Positions 40,005-53,643 of a DNA stretch of 64,000 nucleotides are shown here, in pieces. The notes under the pieces are model-generated. The model was not told the DNA's origin. It saw only the letters and a list, made by a program, of their open reading frames with translations, and ran no database searches. Made by a program: the position numbers and the translations under genes. Origin of the DNA: Octopus vulgaris (Eukaryota); NCBI GenBank assembly GCA_951406725.2, contig OX597830.1:76384001-76448000 (forward strand), in the 5' to 3' direction. Each line of letters starts with the position of its first letter. The first letter of the stretch is position 1.

Positions 40005-40454
40005 TCTCTTTTAACTTTTACTTGTTTCACTCATTAGACTACAGCCATGCTGTGACATAGCCTTGAAGAATTCTTAGTCCAATTAAACGATTCCAGAGAC
40101 TTTTTTAAAGCCTAGTACTTATACTATCGGTCACTTATGCCGAACCGCTACGTTACGGGGACGCGAACACACCAGCGCCGGTTGTCTAGCGGTATTGGTG
40201 GGGACAAGCAGAGATACAATGACACACACACACACACACACACATATCTGTTTCTATGTATGTATGCATGTTTATATGTATGTGTATATATATATGCAAC
40301 TGGCTTCTTTCAGCTTCCGTCTACCAAATCTACACACAAGGTTTTGGCCAGCCCCAGGCTATAATAGAAGACACTTGCCCAAGGTGCAACGTCGAGGGAA
40401 TGAACCCCCAAATCATGCGGTTGGGAAGCAAACTTCTTACCACACAGCTATGCC
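40005..40454 (-). mobile_element. SINE family A, full length, older
   Basis: Collinear with family A; lies tail-to-tail with 39573-39978. Confidence 0.85.
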
Positions 40455-40490
40455 AAAATAAAGTTATGTTTGTATATATGTAGTAATAAT

Positions 40491-40761
40491 TGTTTGTTCC
40501 TTCTCGAGCTACGCTTGGCTCATAAGGGCCGGTTTCCCGGTTTCCTTGACGTATAGTTTCCCCACCTGGATGCAGCAAGATGCAGGAGGAAAGAGCGAGA
40601 GAAAGTTGTGGCGAAAGAGTCAGCAGAAGTTCGCCATTACCTTCTGCCGAAGCTGCGTGGAGCTTAGCTGTTTCGCTCATAAACACACACATCGCTCGGT
40701 CTGAGATTCGAACCCGCGATCCAGAGTCCGCTGCTCTAACCACTAGTCCATGTGCCTCCAC
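40491..40761 (-). mobile_element. SINE family C variant with alternative 3' tail
   Basis: Head GTGGAGGCACATGGACTAGTGGTTAGAGCAGCGGACTC...GGTTCGAATC; TSD TATGTAGTAATAAT (40477-40490) / TATGTAATAATAAT (40762-40775). Confidence 0.85.
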
Positions 40762-41087
40762 TATGTAATAATAATAATAATAATAGCATCGATAAAATAA
40801 TGCCAACATACTCAGCAGTTATTGTTCAACTGGGTTAAAACTGCGACTTAGACCTTATTTAATTGCCCCTAAGACGTCCCTTATAAGATATGGGAGCTGT
40901 GCCGTGTTGAAGTATAATCCAGCGATTTACTGAATCAGCTTTGTCATTAGCAGTCTTAAAACAAGGATCTCTTGTTTTCATAAAACACAACATCACTTTC
41001 CGAAAATAAGAGTCGTTAAGAATATATGATATTTCAGCCTTCAAAATAAACCGTGTATTTTTAGAAACTCAGCGAGATCGGGAGAGT

Positions 41088-41147
<60 letters not shown>

Positions 41148-41590
41148 AGGAGAGTATAATTGATTCAATTAAACCCAGTATATCATGGTTTTATTTGTTT
41201 TTTCAACTTTAGTCGAGATAAATACGGGGGAAGTGTGAATATATTACCGCAGGGCTTTCCGTATAATTTTCACTGTATTTTAATGGAGATGGCTGAGTCG
41301 GACCGGAGTGGGACCGGAGTGGAAAGAAGGAGAAATTGTAATTTGTGACATTTTATCCTTATAACAACAGAAATTTGACCTCGAAGCTATTGTTTTGAAA
41401 TTAAACGAAAATACAACACAGGAAAAAAAAAACACCTAAAGAAATTTTTTTTCTTAATTCTGTTTGGTTATCTAAACAAAAAAAAACCCACTGGATTTTG
41501 AGAGTGAAGGTGGTGGTCGGTGGTAGGGACTCCAGAACTGAGGATAAAATCAAATCAGACTTCGTTATACAAACAAAGATCGGCGAAATT

Positions 41591-42131
41591 CTTTTCTATT
41601 CTAGGCAGAAGGATCGAAATTTTGGGGAAGGAGCCAGTCGATTAGACCGACCCCTATACGCAAATGGTACTTAATTTATCGACCCCGAAAGGATGAAAGG
41701 CAAAGTCGGCTTCGGGGGAAGAAATACCTATTTTTTTACTACCCACATGGGGCTAAACACAAAGAGGACAAACAAGGACAGACAAACGGATTAAGTCGAT
41801 TATATCGACCCCAGTGCGTAACTGGTACATATTTAATCGACCCCGAAAGGATGAAAGGCAAAATCGACCTCAGCGGAATTTGAACTCAGAACATAAAGAC
41901 AGATGAAATACCTATTTCTTTACTACTCACAAGGGGCTAAACACAGAGAGGATAAACAAGGACAGGCACACGGATTAAGTTGATTACATCGACCCCACTT
42001 AATTTATCGACCCCGAAAGGATGAAAGGCGAAGTCGACCTCAGCGGAATTTGAACTCAGAACGTAACGGCAGACGAAATACCGCTAGGCATTTCGCCCGG
42101 CGTGCTAACGTTTCTGCCAGCTAGCCGTCTT
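41591..42131 (-). mobile_element. SINE family B, internally trimeric, single insertion
   Basis: One head, three copies of the GACTTTGCCTTTCATCCTTTCGGGGTCGAT core; 16-bp TSD AAAGATCGGCGAAATT (41575-41590) / AAAGATCAGCGAAATT (42132-42147). Confidence 0.9.
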
Positions 42132-43824
42132 AAAGATCAGCGAAATTATTCTAACGGCAAAACACCGTCATAATTTTGGAAGACGATACGGATTTGTAGA
42201 ATTTAGTTATGTCCCTTTGCTTTTGTTTTTATTCTTATCTTTGAGTTTTTATTTTAACGCATTTCAGTCATTGGACTGTTGGGACACCGTCTTGAACGGT
42301 ATAGCCGAAGAAATCGACGCCAGTACTTATTTGGGAAGCTTGGCTACTTATTCCATCGGTCACTTTCCGTTTGCCAAATCCAATTACAAGTATTTAATCG
42401 GCCCAGCCTTATAGTAGAAATTGCCACGCACAGGAACTGAACTTGATACGATGCAGTTGCAAAGTAGGCATTTTATTGACACAGCTATGTCCGCGTTCTT
42501 ATGCTTGTAAAGCATAGGTCAGCGGAAATAGTTTCAACGAGATAAGAATCATAGAGTCGAATGACAAGAATAAAACGACTCGCAGAATTGAATTATGCCT
42601 CTTTTTTTTTTAAATCTAAAGCTAAACACGGTAGATAAGGATATTCCGGTGGATGCAATGATTAATTAGACCTGTGTTTCAATCCCGCTGAGGTCGATTT
42701 TTTGCCATTTCTTAAATCATTTTCGGGAACCCAAAAAATACCAGTCATGTACTGCGATCGTAACAAAAGATTTTCTTTTTTTATTCATTTTTCTTTGTTA
42801 TAACTCTTAAAAATTGCTTGCTCGCTGTTAAGTAGAAATTCCATTACTAAGTGAATGGACTACATGAATAACAGAGTTACTACATATGCCGGAAATAGTT
42901 CTTGCTACAATAGGCACAGGGAATTTTGGGAAAGAGGGTTGGTCTAGTACATGGACCACAGTACTCAATGTAAGTGTACGTATTTATGTGTACATATACC
43001 TCGATGTGTGTGAATATGTATATATATATATATATATATATATGTTTGTATGCTTGTTTATATTAGTTTCAAGTTCTATATATTTTGCACAGCGGTGTAA
43101 CGATTCCGCCTTCTCGCTTACTCTATCTTTTCTACTATAGGCACAAATGCAAACATTTTGGTTGGAAGGGTCCAATCGATTACATCGAATCCAATGCGCA
43201 GTAGAGACGTCTTTTATTGACCATAAAAAGATAATGATGCAAAGCAAAGACGATTGTGGCGGAATTTGAACTTAGAACGGAAAGGCAGACAAAATACCGG
43301 TAAATTATTTGCCTGGCGTGCTAATAATCCTGCCATCACGCCTCCATGACAGCGGGACAAATAATATGCTTAAGGATGTTTATGGCATGAGCATTAATTA
43401 GATGGTTGTTGGCAACAGCTTTGTGGATTCTCTTAACATATTTTCTATTGTTTGAGTTATGGTAGAATAGTTTCCAAAGTGGAATCAGATTTTGTTGTTC
43501 TGAACGTAGTTTTGTTACAAGAACAACAAGATAATTTAATTCTGCAGATTAATCATCAAAACAAAGACTACCAATTTTCTTTTTTGTTTTACTGTTTCAC
43601 TCACTGGATCGTTACCATGCTGGAGCACCGCCTTTAAGCGTTTAGTTGAATAAATGAACCTCACTGCTTATATTTTAAGCCCGGTATTTATTCTATCGGT
43701 CTATTTTGCCGGTTCGCTATGTTACGGGGACGTAAACAAACCAACATCCGTTATGAAGCAATGATAGGGGAAAAACACATACATAAAGCCACACACATAC
43801 ATACAAACCACGGCACATCATACC

Positions 43825-43984
43825 TATTTCTTTACTACCCACAAGGGGCTAAACACAGAGGAGACAAACAAGGACAGACAAACGGATTAAGTCGATTACA
43901 TCGACCCCAGTGCGTTACTGGTACTTATTTAATCGACACCCGAAAGGACGAAAGGCAAAGTCGACCTAACGTTTCTGCCAGCTC
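43825..43984 (-). mobile_element. SINE family B, internally deleted, adjacent to a family A tail fragment (~43580-43790)
   Basis: Core joined directly to the head end at GTCGACCTAACGTTTCTGCCAGCTC. Confidence 0.75.
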
Positions 43985-45080
43985 ATACCACACACATGTA
44001 TACATACCTAAGCTCACTGTGCGTGCGCATATGGCTTGGGTGCATGAGCATGTACGTGTAATTGGTGGCGGTGCATCTAAGCGTGTGGGTATGGTGTATA
44101 TGTGTGTATATATGCGTGAATGTGTATTCCCCAGCATGCCCACCATATAAAGCCTTCAACCATTCTTCTGCTGACCGCCGCTAAAAAACTGATTGAAACC
44201 CGCGTCAATTGTATATATTTAACCACACTTCTATTTCCTCATTTCTCTGCCCCAACCATATCTTCAAAGAGTTGCATGGTAATCTTTTGTTCGGTGCTGT
44301 CTTGATTGAAGAACCGACTACTTATCACAAAACCTCTTGGGTAAGAGACTACCGTAATTCTGGGTCCCCCTGACAAGCACTAATGTCACGATAAAGTGCA
44401 TACACTTGGCCTAAATAGATTCTTACACTATACATTTGAATTGGATACGAATCTCTTCGAAACGATACTTATGTATATAAGCACACATACATATGCATAC
44501 ATATATGTCCACACGTACAGTTATTTATTTTATGCGTGTAATTTATATGATAACTGTGGAAATAAAACAGTCTTTGAAAAAGTATTATATAAAAATAACA
44601 TTAATCCGAATGTCAACAGTTTCGTTGTTATTTTGAAATGAAAACCAAACTTGGGAGACAGACATTCGAATATAGTGTATGTTGTGGAAATTAAGGGTTG
44701 TTAGACTCTGTGTGTGTGTGTGTGATGGTGTGTTTGTCTAAGAGGGAGGGGGGAGAGACAACAGAAGAGATGAGGGAGAAGATTTGATTAAAGAAATACA
44801 TTAGGTTAGAAAAATAACCATGAAACCAAAGTGACACGAGGAACAAGTGCCGATAGGATAATGGCTTACTGATTTAGATTCTGTTCGTGTCCCTCCCCGC
44901 CATTCCTTTTCCCACGTCTTCACTTATTCCGTAGTAAAAAAAAAACAAAAACAAAATGGAATTATAAAGAAGGGGGAACATTTTTCCGATAATGTATCTC
45001 ACGCTTTCCATTATAATATAAGCATACCTACATGCATACATGTATATTACACAAACAGATGTGTTTATATATATATATGC

Positions 45081-45111
<31 letters not shown>

Positions 45112-45576
45112 AATATGCGTGAGTGTGTGTGTATGTACTTACGTATGTATGTACATACATATACAATATATATATATATATATATACTTATATACATATA
45201 TAAACTTTTATATATATTTATATATATATTATACATAGATAGACTGATAGATAGATAGATGTGCGAGAAAAGATGCTTCTTACATTTGTTTACAGCTGTT
45301 ACAACTTTTTTCTTTAGTTACATATACATATATGTCTTTGACGTCGAATCTACTAACGGTTTTTTTTTAAATACTTAATCACGTTCTGTTTATCAGTTAT
45401 GCAGTCATCATACTTGATATAATGTCTTGTTGTTGAGATAGGCTCTCTTTCTTTCCTGATGAGAAGATTGCATTTTACACCGTTTGTTCCTTTGGAATAA
45501 AACCAATGTTGTCTTCGAAACATATGTCGAAAGTAAAAGAATCTTAATAACATCTGCGTTCAACTCCATTTATTTA

Positions 45577-45629
<53 letters not shown>

Positions 45630-46088
45630 CGCACACACTCACCCATATATAATCACTTAAGCTCGTTTTGTATGTTGGCTCGGGCTAGACAAGTCGTCAC
45701 AGAATCGATCCTACGACCAGATGGACTACTTTCTATCATACACTTTCAAGTGTACACTCGGTTCTTTGTTTTTCTTTGCCCTATCAACAGAGATGTTACC
45801 TCTTGAAGCATGGTGGTCTATACAATCTATTCGATTCGTCTGGAGTTTTCGTACATACACCAACGACTCTAGTGTGTGCTAGTCACAGTTTTTTTTATAA
45901 ATACCAGAACCAGAGAATTTACTATGTCGTTACCAAATCACAATTAACATTATTTCATTCTCTTGATCCTATGATTATCTCTTTTCATCATCTTGGTCCG
46001 TCATAGAATGAAATGTTTGCATATCATGAAACCATTTGCCTATACAGTTGACTTGCTCCAAATTCTTACAGGTAATATATATATATAT

Positions 46089-46422
46089 AAAATAATATGT
46101 TACATTTACTCAATAGTCAAGATAAAACTCTGAGTTTCAGATGCCGAAGTATAAGTATAAGTATAAGTACGCACGTGGGTTCGTGAGCAGAATTATAACA
46201 CAGTAATTTCCCTTTATATAACGGTATTTTTTCATAGCGTTTTTCAGATGGCCAGATAACCGAAGAGATGGTGTTGTGGATTTCCACTTCGGCATCTGAA
46301 ACTCAGAGTTTTATCTTGACTATTGAGTAAATGTAACATATTATTTTTTAGATAAATTTCCTCTATTTACATAATATTGAGGTCTCATAATATTTTCTTT
46401 CTTTTTTGTTATCTTACCGTTT
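46089..46422. mobile_element. Foldback element in (TA)n with perfect 62-bp inverted arms, probable Penelope-like pLTR remnant
   Basis: 46089-46150 is the exact reverse complement of 46286-46347; (TA)n on both sides; carries a hammerhead motif. Confidence 0.7.
46254..46316 (+). ncRNA. Type-I hammerhead ribozyme motif (U4C variant)
   Basis: AGAUAA-CCGAAGA-GAUG...GUGGA/UU/UCCAC...CAUC-U-GAAA-CUCAGAG-UU-UUAUCU: perfect 6-bp stem I, quasi-palindromic stem III, GUU triplet. Confidence 0.65.
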
Positions 46423-46426
46423 TTGT

Positions 46427-46480
<54 letters not shown>

Positions 46481-47560
46481 CCTGTAAGAATTCGGAGCAA
46501 GTCAACTGTCGTAGGATCAATTCCATGACGACTTGTCTAGCCCAACCCAACAGACCAAAATCTTTGAGTGAATTAGGTAAACGGAAAGAAAATCATTGTA
46601 CGTAAAAGTGCGTCTTGTGTTTCTGCCTCTCCACCCCTATATAAGCTCGACGACCAGTGTTGATTTGTGTAGGTCTGCGTAACTTAGCGATTCGGCCAAA
46701 GAGACCGATGAACTTTGAAAGAAATAAGTACTAGAGTCGAGACATTCGAGTAAATCTCTTCAAGGTGCATCTTCCTGAGAAACGCGTCTGAGGAGATCTC
46801 AGTCACTAATTGTCACGAGCAGTGTGTTCCGTTGATCGAACCGAGTGCCATATATAAAAATATATAAAAATATAATTATATATAAGTATATATAAAAATA
46901 TAATTATATATGCATTTCTTTATTCTTTTAAACGTTTCAACCCTAAGGCTATAACCATGCAGGAACACATATGTTCAAACTGCGTTTAATACTTCATTTC
47001 TCATGTCACAGAGGCTAACCAGCTTCTCAAAATCCTGCACTAAGTAAATACAGAATAAATATCAAATTTGCACACTCACATTCATACTTGTTTCGAGGCA
47101 TTAATTAGACCATAATTACACACGAAATAATTCTATTGTTCAAACACCGCTGTAATACATATACTAATTAAGACATAATTATGCGCCCCTTTGATAAAAG
47201 TACATGTTTTGAATCGGTTCTATTCATAATGAACCGATCTATTATCAGTGCTATTCCAACGGCGACCATTTTGTTTTTCTGGTGGATCGTGGATATAATT
47301 GTGTGCGCGTGTGTGTTATTTCATACAAAGTTATTTTCTCGATGAATATATCTTTGTATGATCGTCTGTAACTATATTTGTTTTCTAATGTGCCTTCCAC
47401 ATTTTAGAATGATATTAATGTTAGATTTGGTTGCTATTTCTAGAAAGTCGCGCATCCAGGTCTGAGAGTCTCTGTTTGGTTTCATTATTAGAGAAGGTTC
47501 GGTTTACTAGGATCAATTGTACGTGTCTGTACGGGTATAAGCATGTATGCACCCGTCTGT

Positions 47561-47619
<59 letters not shown>

Positions 47620-47638
47620 CCTTTTTATATCTCTCTTT

Positions 47639-47682
<44 letters not shown>

Positions 47683-48381
47683 TTGTGTATATATATATGT
47701 ATATTTATACTCACCTACATATGCATACACCATACATTCATGTGTGTGTAAGTGTATATGTGTATGGTGTATATGCATAATCATTGCATATTAAATATTT
47801 CAACGCACATACTACTCTCTCACACAAGCGCGCACACACATGCTTGGATATGTATATGCAATATATATACATTCATCCACAGCAGCGCAGTCACATTCAG
47901 AAACGCATCCACGTATGCTCAAGCACCCGCATACCCACACTCAAGTATGCAAATAAAATACACACAAGTTTCACACACCCATTCCCGATTCGCCCAAGTA
48001 ATTTGGAAACGACCGCGGTCCATAAATTGTGAAGAATTTGAAGGCCAGACTCATTGTTTAGCGACAAATGGAGAGTAAAACAACGTCAAAAGGAAAGATT
48101 GAGAGAGAGAGAGAGAGAGACAGAGAGAGAGACAGACAGGGAGAGCAAGAAAGAGGAGAGAAACAGATACGCAGAGAGAAGTAAGCAGACAAGCTGAGAA
48201 AAAGAGAGCTATAAGTGACATTGAATGTGAAAGTGAGAGATATAAGTGTATATTCTTGTATTCTTGTATTCTTTTATTGTTTTACTTGTTTCAGTAATCT
48301 AACTGCGGCCATACTGGAGCACCACTTTAAGGGCGCCCAAGTCTTTCATGTGCTTTCCGCGTGCCCCTTGGTCATCCTGTG

Positions 48382-48465
<84 letters not shown>

Positions 48466-48539
48466 GTATATATATATATATCTAGACAAGAGAGAGAGAG
48501 AGAGAGAGGGGAGAGATAGATTGATTGATAGCTAGATTT

Positions 48540-48575
<36 letters not shown>

Positions 48576-49460
48576 TGAAAGAGAGATAGAGATAGAGAGG
48601 GGTTTATTAAAGATAGAAAAGGAGAACGAACGAGTCATATAGAGATATATATTTTTAAAAAGGGCTTGCGCATCCTAGACAGAGAGAGGAGAGAGAGAGA
48701 GGGAGAGAGAGAGAGAGAGAACGGAAGGCGGTCGGATAATTAAAACTTTGGTTTCTTCAAGCAATTCTAACGTCTTTTCAGTTGGACATTAATAGTTTTG
48801 TTCGTTTCTGACCCCTAAATTACCGGGAATAAATTTTTCGACGGTCGTTCAGCCATTTTTCTTTCATTGCTATTATTGTAATTATTGTTATTTTTTTTAT
48901 TCCTGTCGTAGATTTTAGCTATTATTCATGTTATTACGGCTGTTGTCGTTGTTCAATGTTTTCGGTTCCATTTTCATTCGTTATACGGTGGATTCTTTTA
49001 TAAATTCAATGTTATTTATAATCTTTTTTTCTTGTTTAGATTTATTGTTATTTAATTCTAGGATTTAAAAGTTTATTTTACATTTATTTATTTATTTATT
49101 GGTGTTTTCATTATTTGCTTCCAATTCGATTTTCTTGTTCTATTTGTTATTAATATTGTAATAATTGCCATTGTTTTATGCTAAGTTGTAATTCTTGTCA
49201 AATTATTTACCATTTTTGTCATTGTTGTTGTAAAACGAGAATCAAAAAAAAACATTAACGATAATATTCATTATTCTTAATATTATTATTTGATTGGAGA
49301 AAACAAGACGTAGATACACATACAGACACTCAGACACAAATAAATTTATTGGACGAAACAAAATGTATTTTGTCCGACTCAAGAACATAGATTAGCTATA
49401 TATTTACTACATATGTATGTATGTATGCCTGTATGCATGCATGTATATATGTATGTTTCT

Positions 49461-49693
49461 TATTTCTTTCTTGCCCACAAGGGGATAAACATAGAGGAGA
49501 CAAACAAGGGTAGATAAAAGAATTAAGTCGATTACATGGACCCTACTGCGTAACTGGTACTTTATTTATCGACCCCGAAAGGATGAAAGGCAAAGTCGAT
49601 CTCGGCGGAATTTGAACTCAGAACGTAACGGCAGACGAAATACGGCTACGCATTTCGCCCGGCGTGCGAACGTTTCTGCCAGCTCCCCGCCTT
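49461..49693 (-). mobile_element. SINE family B monomer (tail type 2)
   Basis: Flanked by TSD-like ATGTATATATGTATGTTTCT (49441-49460) / ATGTATATATATGTTTCT (49694-49711). Confidence 0.88.
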
Positions 49694-49708
49694 ATGTATA
49701 TATATGTT

Positions 49709-49773
<65 letters not shown>

Positions 49774-50050
49774 TTATTTATTTATTTATTTATTTATCTA
49801 TCAATCTATTTATCTATCTATCTATGTAGCTAGCTAGCTAGCGATCAATATACATATATGTATGTGTGTGTGTGTATGTGCGCTCACGCGTGGATGTGTA
49901 TATATGTATGCATTATGTATTATATAGTCTATCATTATGCATTATATAGTCTATCAGTCTCTTTTGCCGAACCGCTAAGTAACGGGGACGTAAATACACT
50001 AGCATCGGTTTTCAAGTGATGTTGGGGTGGGGACAAAACCAGATACACAA

Positions 50051-50084
<34 letters not shown>

Positions 50085-50503
50085 TATTATATAGTCGGTA
50101 TAATATTGCTTAGGTCATCGTCTCTGTTTTTTTTCTTTTCCTTTTCTTTTTCTTTTTTCTTTTTATAATTTTTTCCATGTTAAATGATGGCGAGAAGCTG
50201 GTGATAATTATGTGAATTGAGTGAAAATATTACATTTTACGAAAATTGTCACGTTTATTCGCACCGGTCGATGGATTACAACCGTTCCGGCGATCAGATC
50301 GATCTTATTGATCTTAACACATCTTGTAGAGTCTGAATAATAAATTAGTTGATCGATACATATTTATCAATCAATGATAAAGTTACGTTTTAAACATGAT
50401 GTGATACAGCTTGATACATAGGTTTACACCGGTAAACATGAATACAGGAACGCACATGCAGACAAACAGACTTATTTCATTATTTTTCCCGTTTCTGAGC
50501 ATA

Positions 50504-50737
50504 CTCTTTTACTCTTTTACTTGTTTCAGTCATTTGACTGTGGCCATGCTGGAGCACCGCCTTTAGTCGAGCAAATCGACCCCGGGACGTATTCTTTTTA
50601 AGCTTAGTACTTATTTTATCGGTCTCTTTTGCCGAACCGCTAAGTAACGGGGACGTAAACACACTAGCATCGGTTTTCAAGCGATGTTGGAGTGGGGAAA
50701 AACACAGATACACAAACATACAAACACACACACACAA

Positions 50738-50794
<57 letters not shown>

Positions 50795-50901
50795 CATACG
50801 ACGGGCTTCTTTCAGTTTCCGTCTACCAAATCCGACGCAGTGGGAGTGAACCCAGAACGATGTGGTTGGTAAGCAAGCTACTTACGATACACCCACTCCT
50901 A
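50504..50901 (-). mobile_element. SINE family A with ~60-bp deletion in the head half
   Basis: Junction CTACCAAATCCGACGCAGTGGG at ~50832. Confidence 0.85.
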
Positions 50902-51102
50902 TCATCTTCATCATCATCATCATCATCATCAACATCACCACCACCACCACCACCACCCTTGATAATGGGATGATGATTACTGACTGATTAGGAAACCCTT
51001 GATTTAATTTTTCGTGTTTTCGATGACGCTGATTATAATGGTGATGACGCTGATGATGATGATGATGATAGTGATGGAGACGAAGGGAATGATGGTGACG
51101 AC

Positions 51103-51159
<57 letters not shown>

Positions 51160-51214
51160 GTTGGTTACTCTGCTTTCTTTCTTCGTTAATATTTTTATTT
51201 TGATACATAATATT

Positions 51215-51266
<52 letters not shown>

Positions 51267-51555
51267 TTTGGCTTACTCTTCTTTCTCCGTTAATATTTTT
51301 TTATTTCTAGTTATTCGTTGTATCCCTAGTCTCAGTTTTGTTTTTTGACCCCCTTTCCCTGTAGTTATCTCCCCATTAACGATCCAGATTTTTCGATATT
51401 TCCAGACGGTTTTGCTATCCTTGCGCAATTAATGCAGAATGAGAAACATTAATGTCACAAACGACCAGATCGGTCTTTCCCACAGAAAATCAATCGGGGT
51501 CGGTCTGTGTCAGAAGCTCATTTAATATACTTATGTAAGGAATCATTACCGACGC

Positions 51556-51634
<79 letters not shown>

Positions 51635-51676
51635 TATTATTATTATTATTATTATTATTGTTGTTGTTGTTGTTGA

Positions 51677-51734
<58 letters not shown>

Positions 51735-51959
51735 CTTTATTATTCAATTGTCATATTATATTGCGTGCTTTTCACAGCACTACCGGGTGCAGCTCTTTGT
51801 GCCCGGGGTACACGTTCCCGTTTGCTTTAGTGTCTCTTCTTTTTTTTTTTTGCTATTTTAAAATTTCGCAACGTTAGATGTACAGTGCATAGTAGTTCAA
51901 TTTTCAGTATTATATATATATATATATAATACTGAAGATATATACGAAATATATATATA

Positions 51960-52858
51960 TATATTCTTATGTCCTAGTGTTTGTTTAGGCTACACATTTG
52001 TGTGTTTATAGACCACAACCAAATCACCTATCGTTTTAAGGATAGTCTTGATTTTCAGATTCCAAATTCAGGTCATATATAATTCCAGATCTTTTAGAGA
52101 CATATTGTCATCTGATTGGACTGATATACCAATTAAAATACTTTATTTACTTGATAGTTCTTGATAACAATATCTGGTCTGTTAGTCTTGAGCTCCCTGT
52201 CTGTATGTATTGACATATATTCTTATGTCCTAGTGTTTACGCTACACATTTGTGTGTTTATAGACCTCATCCAAATCACCTATCGTTGTATTGATTATCT
52301 TGGTTTCAGATTCCAAATTCAGGTCATATATAATTCCAGATCTTTTAGAGACATATTGTCATCTGATTGGACTGATATACCAATTAAAATACTTTATTTA
52401 CTTGATAGTTCTTGATAACAATATCTGGTCTGTTAGTCTTGAGCTCCCTGTCTGTATGTATTGACAGATCACAGAATACAGTTACTTTTTCATTTTCTGA
52501 AACGTTTCATTCGTTATAATTACGCCTAAATTCTCTATTGGCATTCCAATGTTCTGGCGCAAATTCCACTGTACGTAAGACCAAATTTATCTTGTCTATG
52601 AATATATTCCTATTTCTTTACTACCCACAAGGGGCTAAACATAGAGGGGACAAACAAGGAGAGACGAACGGATTAAGTCAATTACATCGACCCCAGTGCG
52701 TAACTGGTACTTAATTTATCGATCCCGAAAGGATGAAAGGCAAAGTCGACCTCGGGGGAATTTGAACTTACAACGTAACGACAGACGAAATACGGCTACG
52801 CATTTCGCCCGACGTGCGAACGTTTCTGCCAGCTCGCCGCCTTATGTATATGTATGTT

Positions 52859-52941
<83 letters not shown>

Positions 52942-53330
52942 GTGAATACATTCCTTTTTGTCCAAGGCTGGGCCGCTAGAAACAATAGAATTTATTGTTT
53001 CTTTTACATCACATATTCTGCAGTTTCTTAGTGTATTCTGCTCCATTACGTGATTTAGGTTGTCCCTGGGAGGATGCTTTGATTTTGTGTCGCAATTAAG
53101 AACCTTCCAGTTTCTACTGCCAGTCCCATATTTCTCAAACAATAGTGGCAATTTATTTTGTCTGTGCTTCTTCTGTTCAGTTTCTTCTATTTTTACCATG
53201 TAGGGACTTTTTCTTGCTATAGTTTCAGCATCGCATTTTGCACTTGAAGTTTTAGATTAGATTTTATCTGCTTCAGAGATTTTGCTTCTTCTTTCTTCGT
53301 TAAAGCTGTCAAGAATTATGGACTGCAATT
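51960..53330 (-). mobile_element. Decayed R4/Dong-type (restriction-like endonuclease) non-LTR retrotransposon 3' fragment, interrupted by a SINE
   Basis: Minus-strand translation gives KSLHGK, then CRICDVKETINSIVSSGPALDKKECIHR (CCHC-type CR.C...ET..HI.S.C..LA..EY..RH), and after the SINE VSENEKVTVFCDLSIHTDRELKTNRPDIVIK (PD-(D/E)xK motif NRPDIV); many stops and frameshifts; last ~250 bp tandemly duplicated. Confidence 0.8.
52611..52938 (-). mobile_element. SINE family B plus captured flank and (TATC)n
   Basis: Bounded by TCTATGAATATATTCCT (~52595-52611) / TCTGTGAATACATTCCT (52939-52955); shares head variants and flank with 49461-49770. Confidence 0.88.
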
Positions 53331-53593
53331 CTAGCATATCAACCGATCAAATGAAGAATCGATTGAATGTGCATACTGCTATATGGTGTGGGTGCATTGG
53401 GCCAGTCTATACGAAACATGTGTAAGCTAAATAAATCTTTAATAAGGCATCCTTGATATGTATGTGTGCATGTGTGCGTGTGTGTATGTACATGCATATA
53501 TATAAACATACACGCACTCACGCTCACCCGTATATATGTATGTGTGTGTGTGCGCATATATATACATAGATCTATGTAGCCTTCGTACATATA

Positions 53594-53643
<50 letters not shown>

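Noticed and set aside
51903-51955. CTGAAGA-TATATAC-GAAA motif and palindrome
   Set aside because: Explained by a short palindrome around (TA)n; no stable stems.
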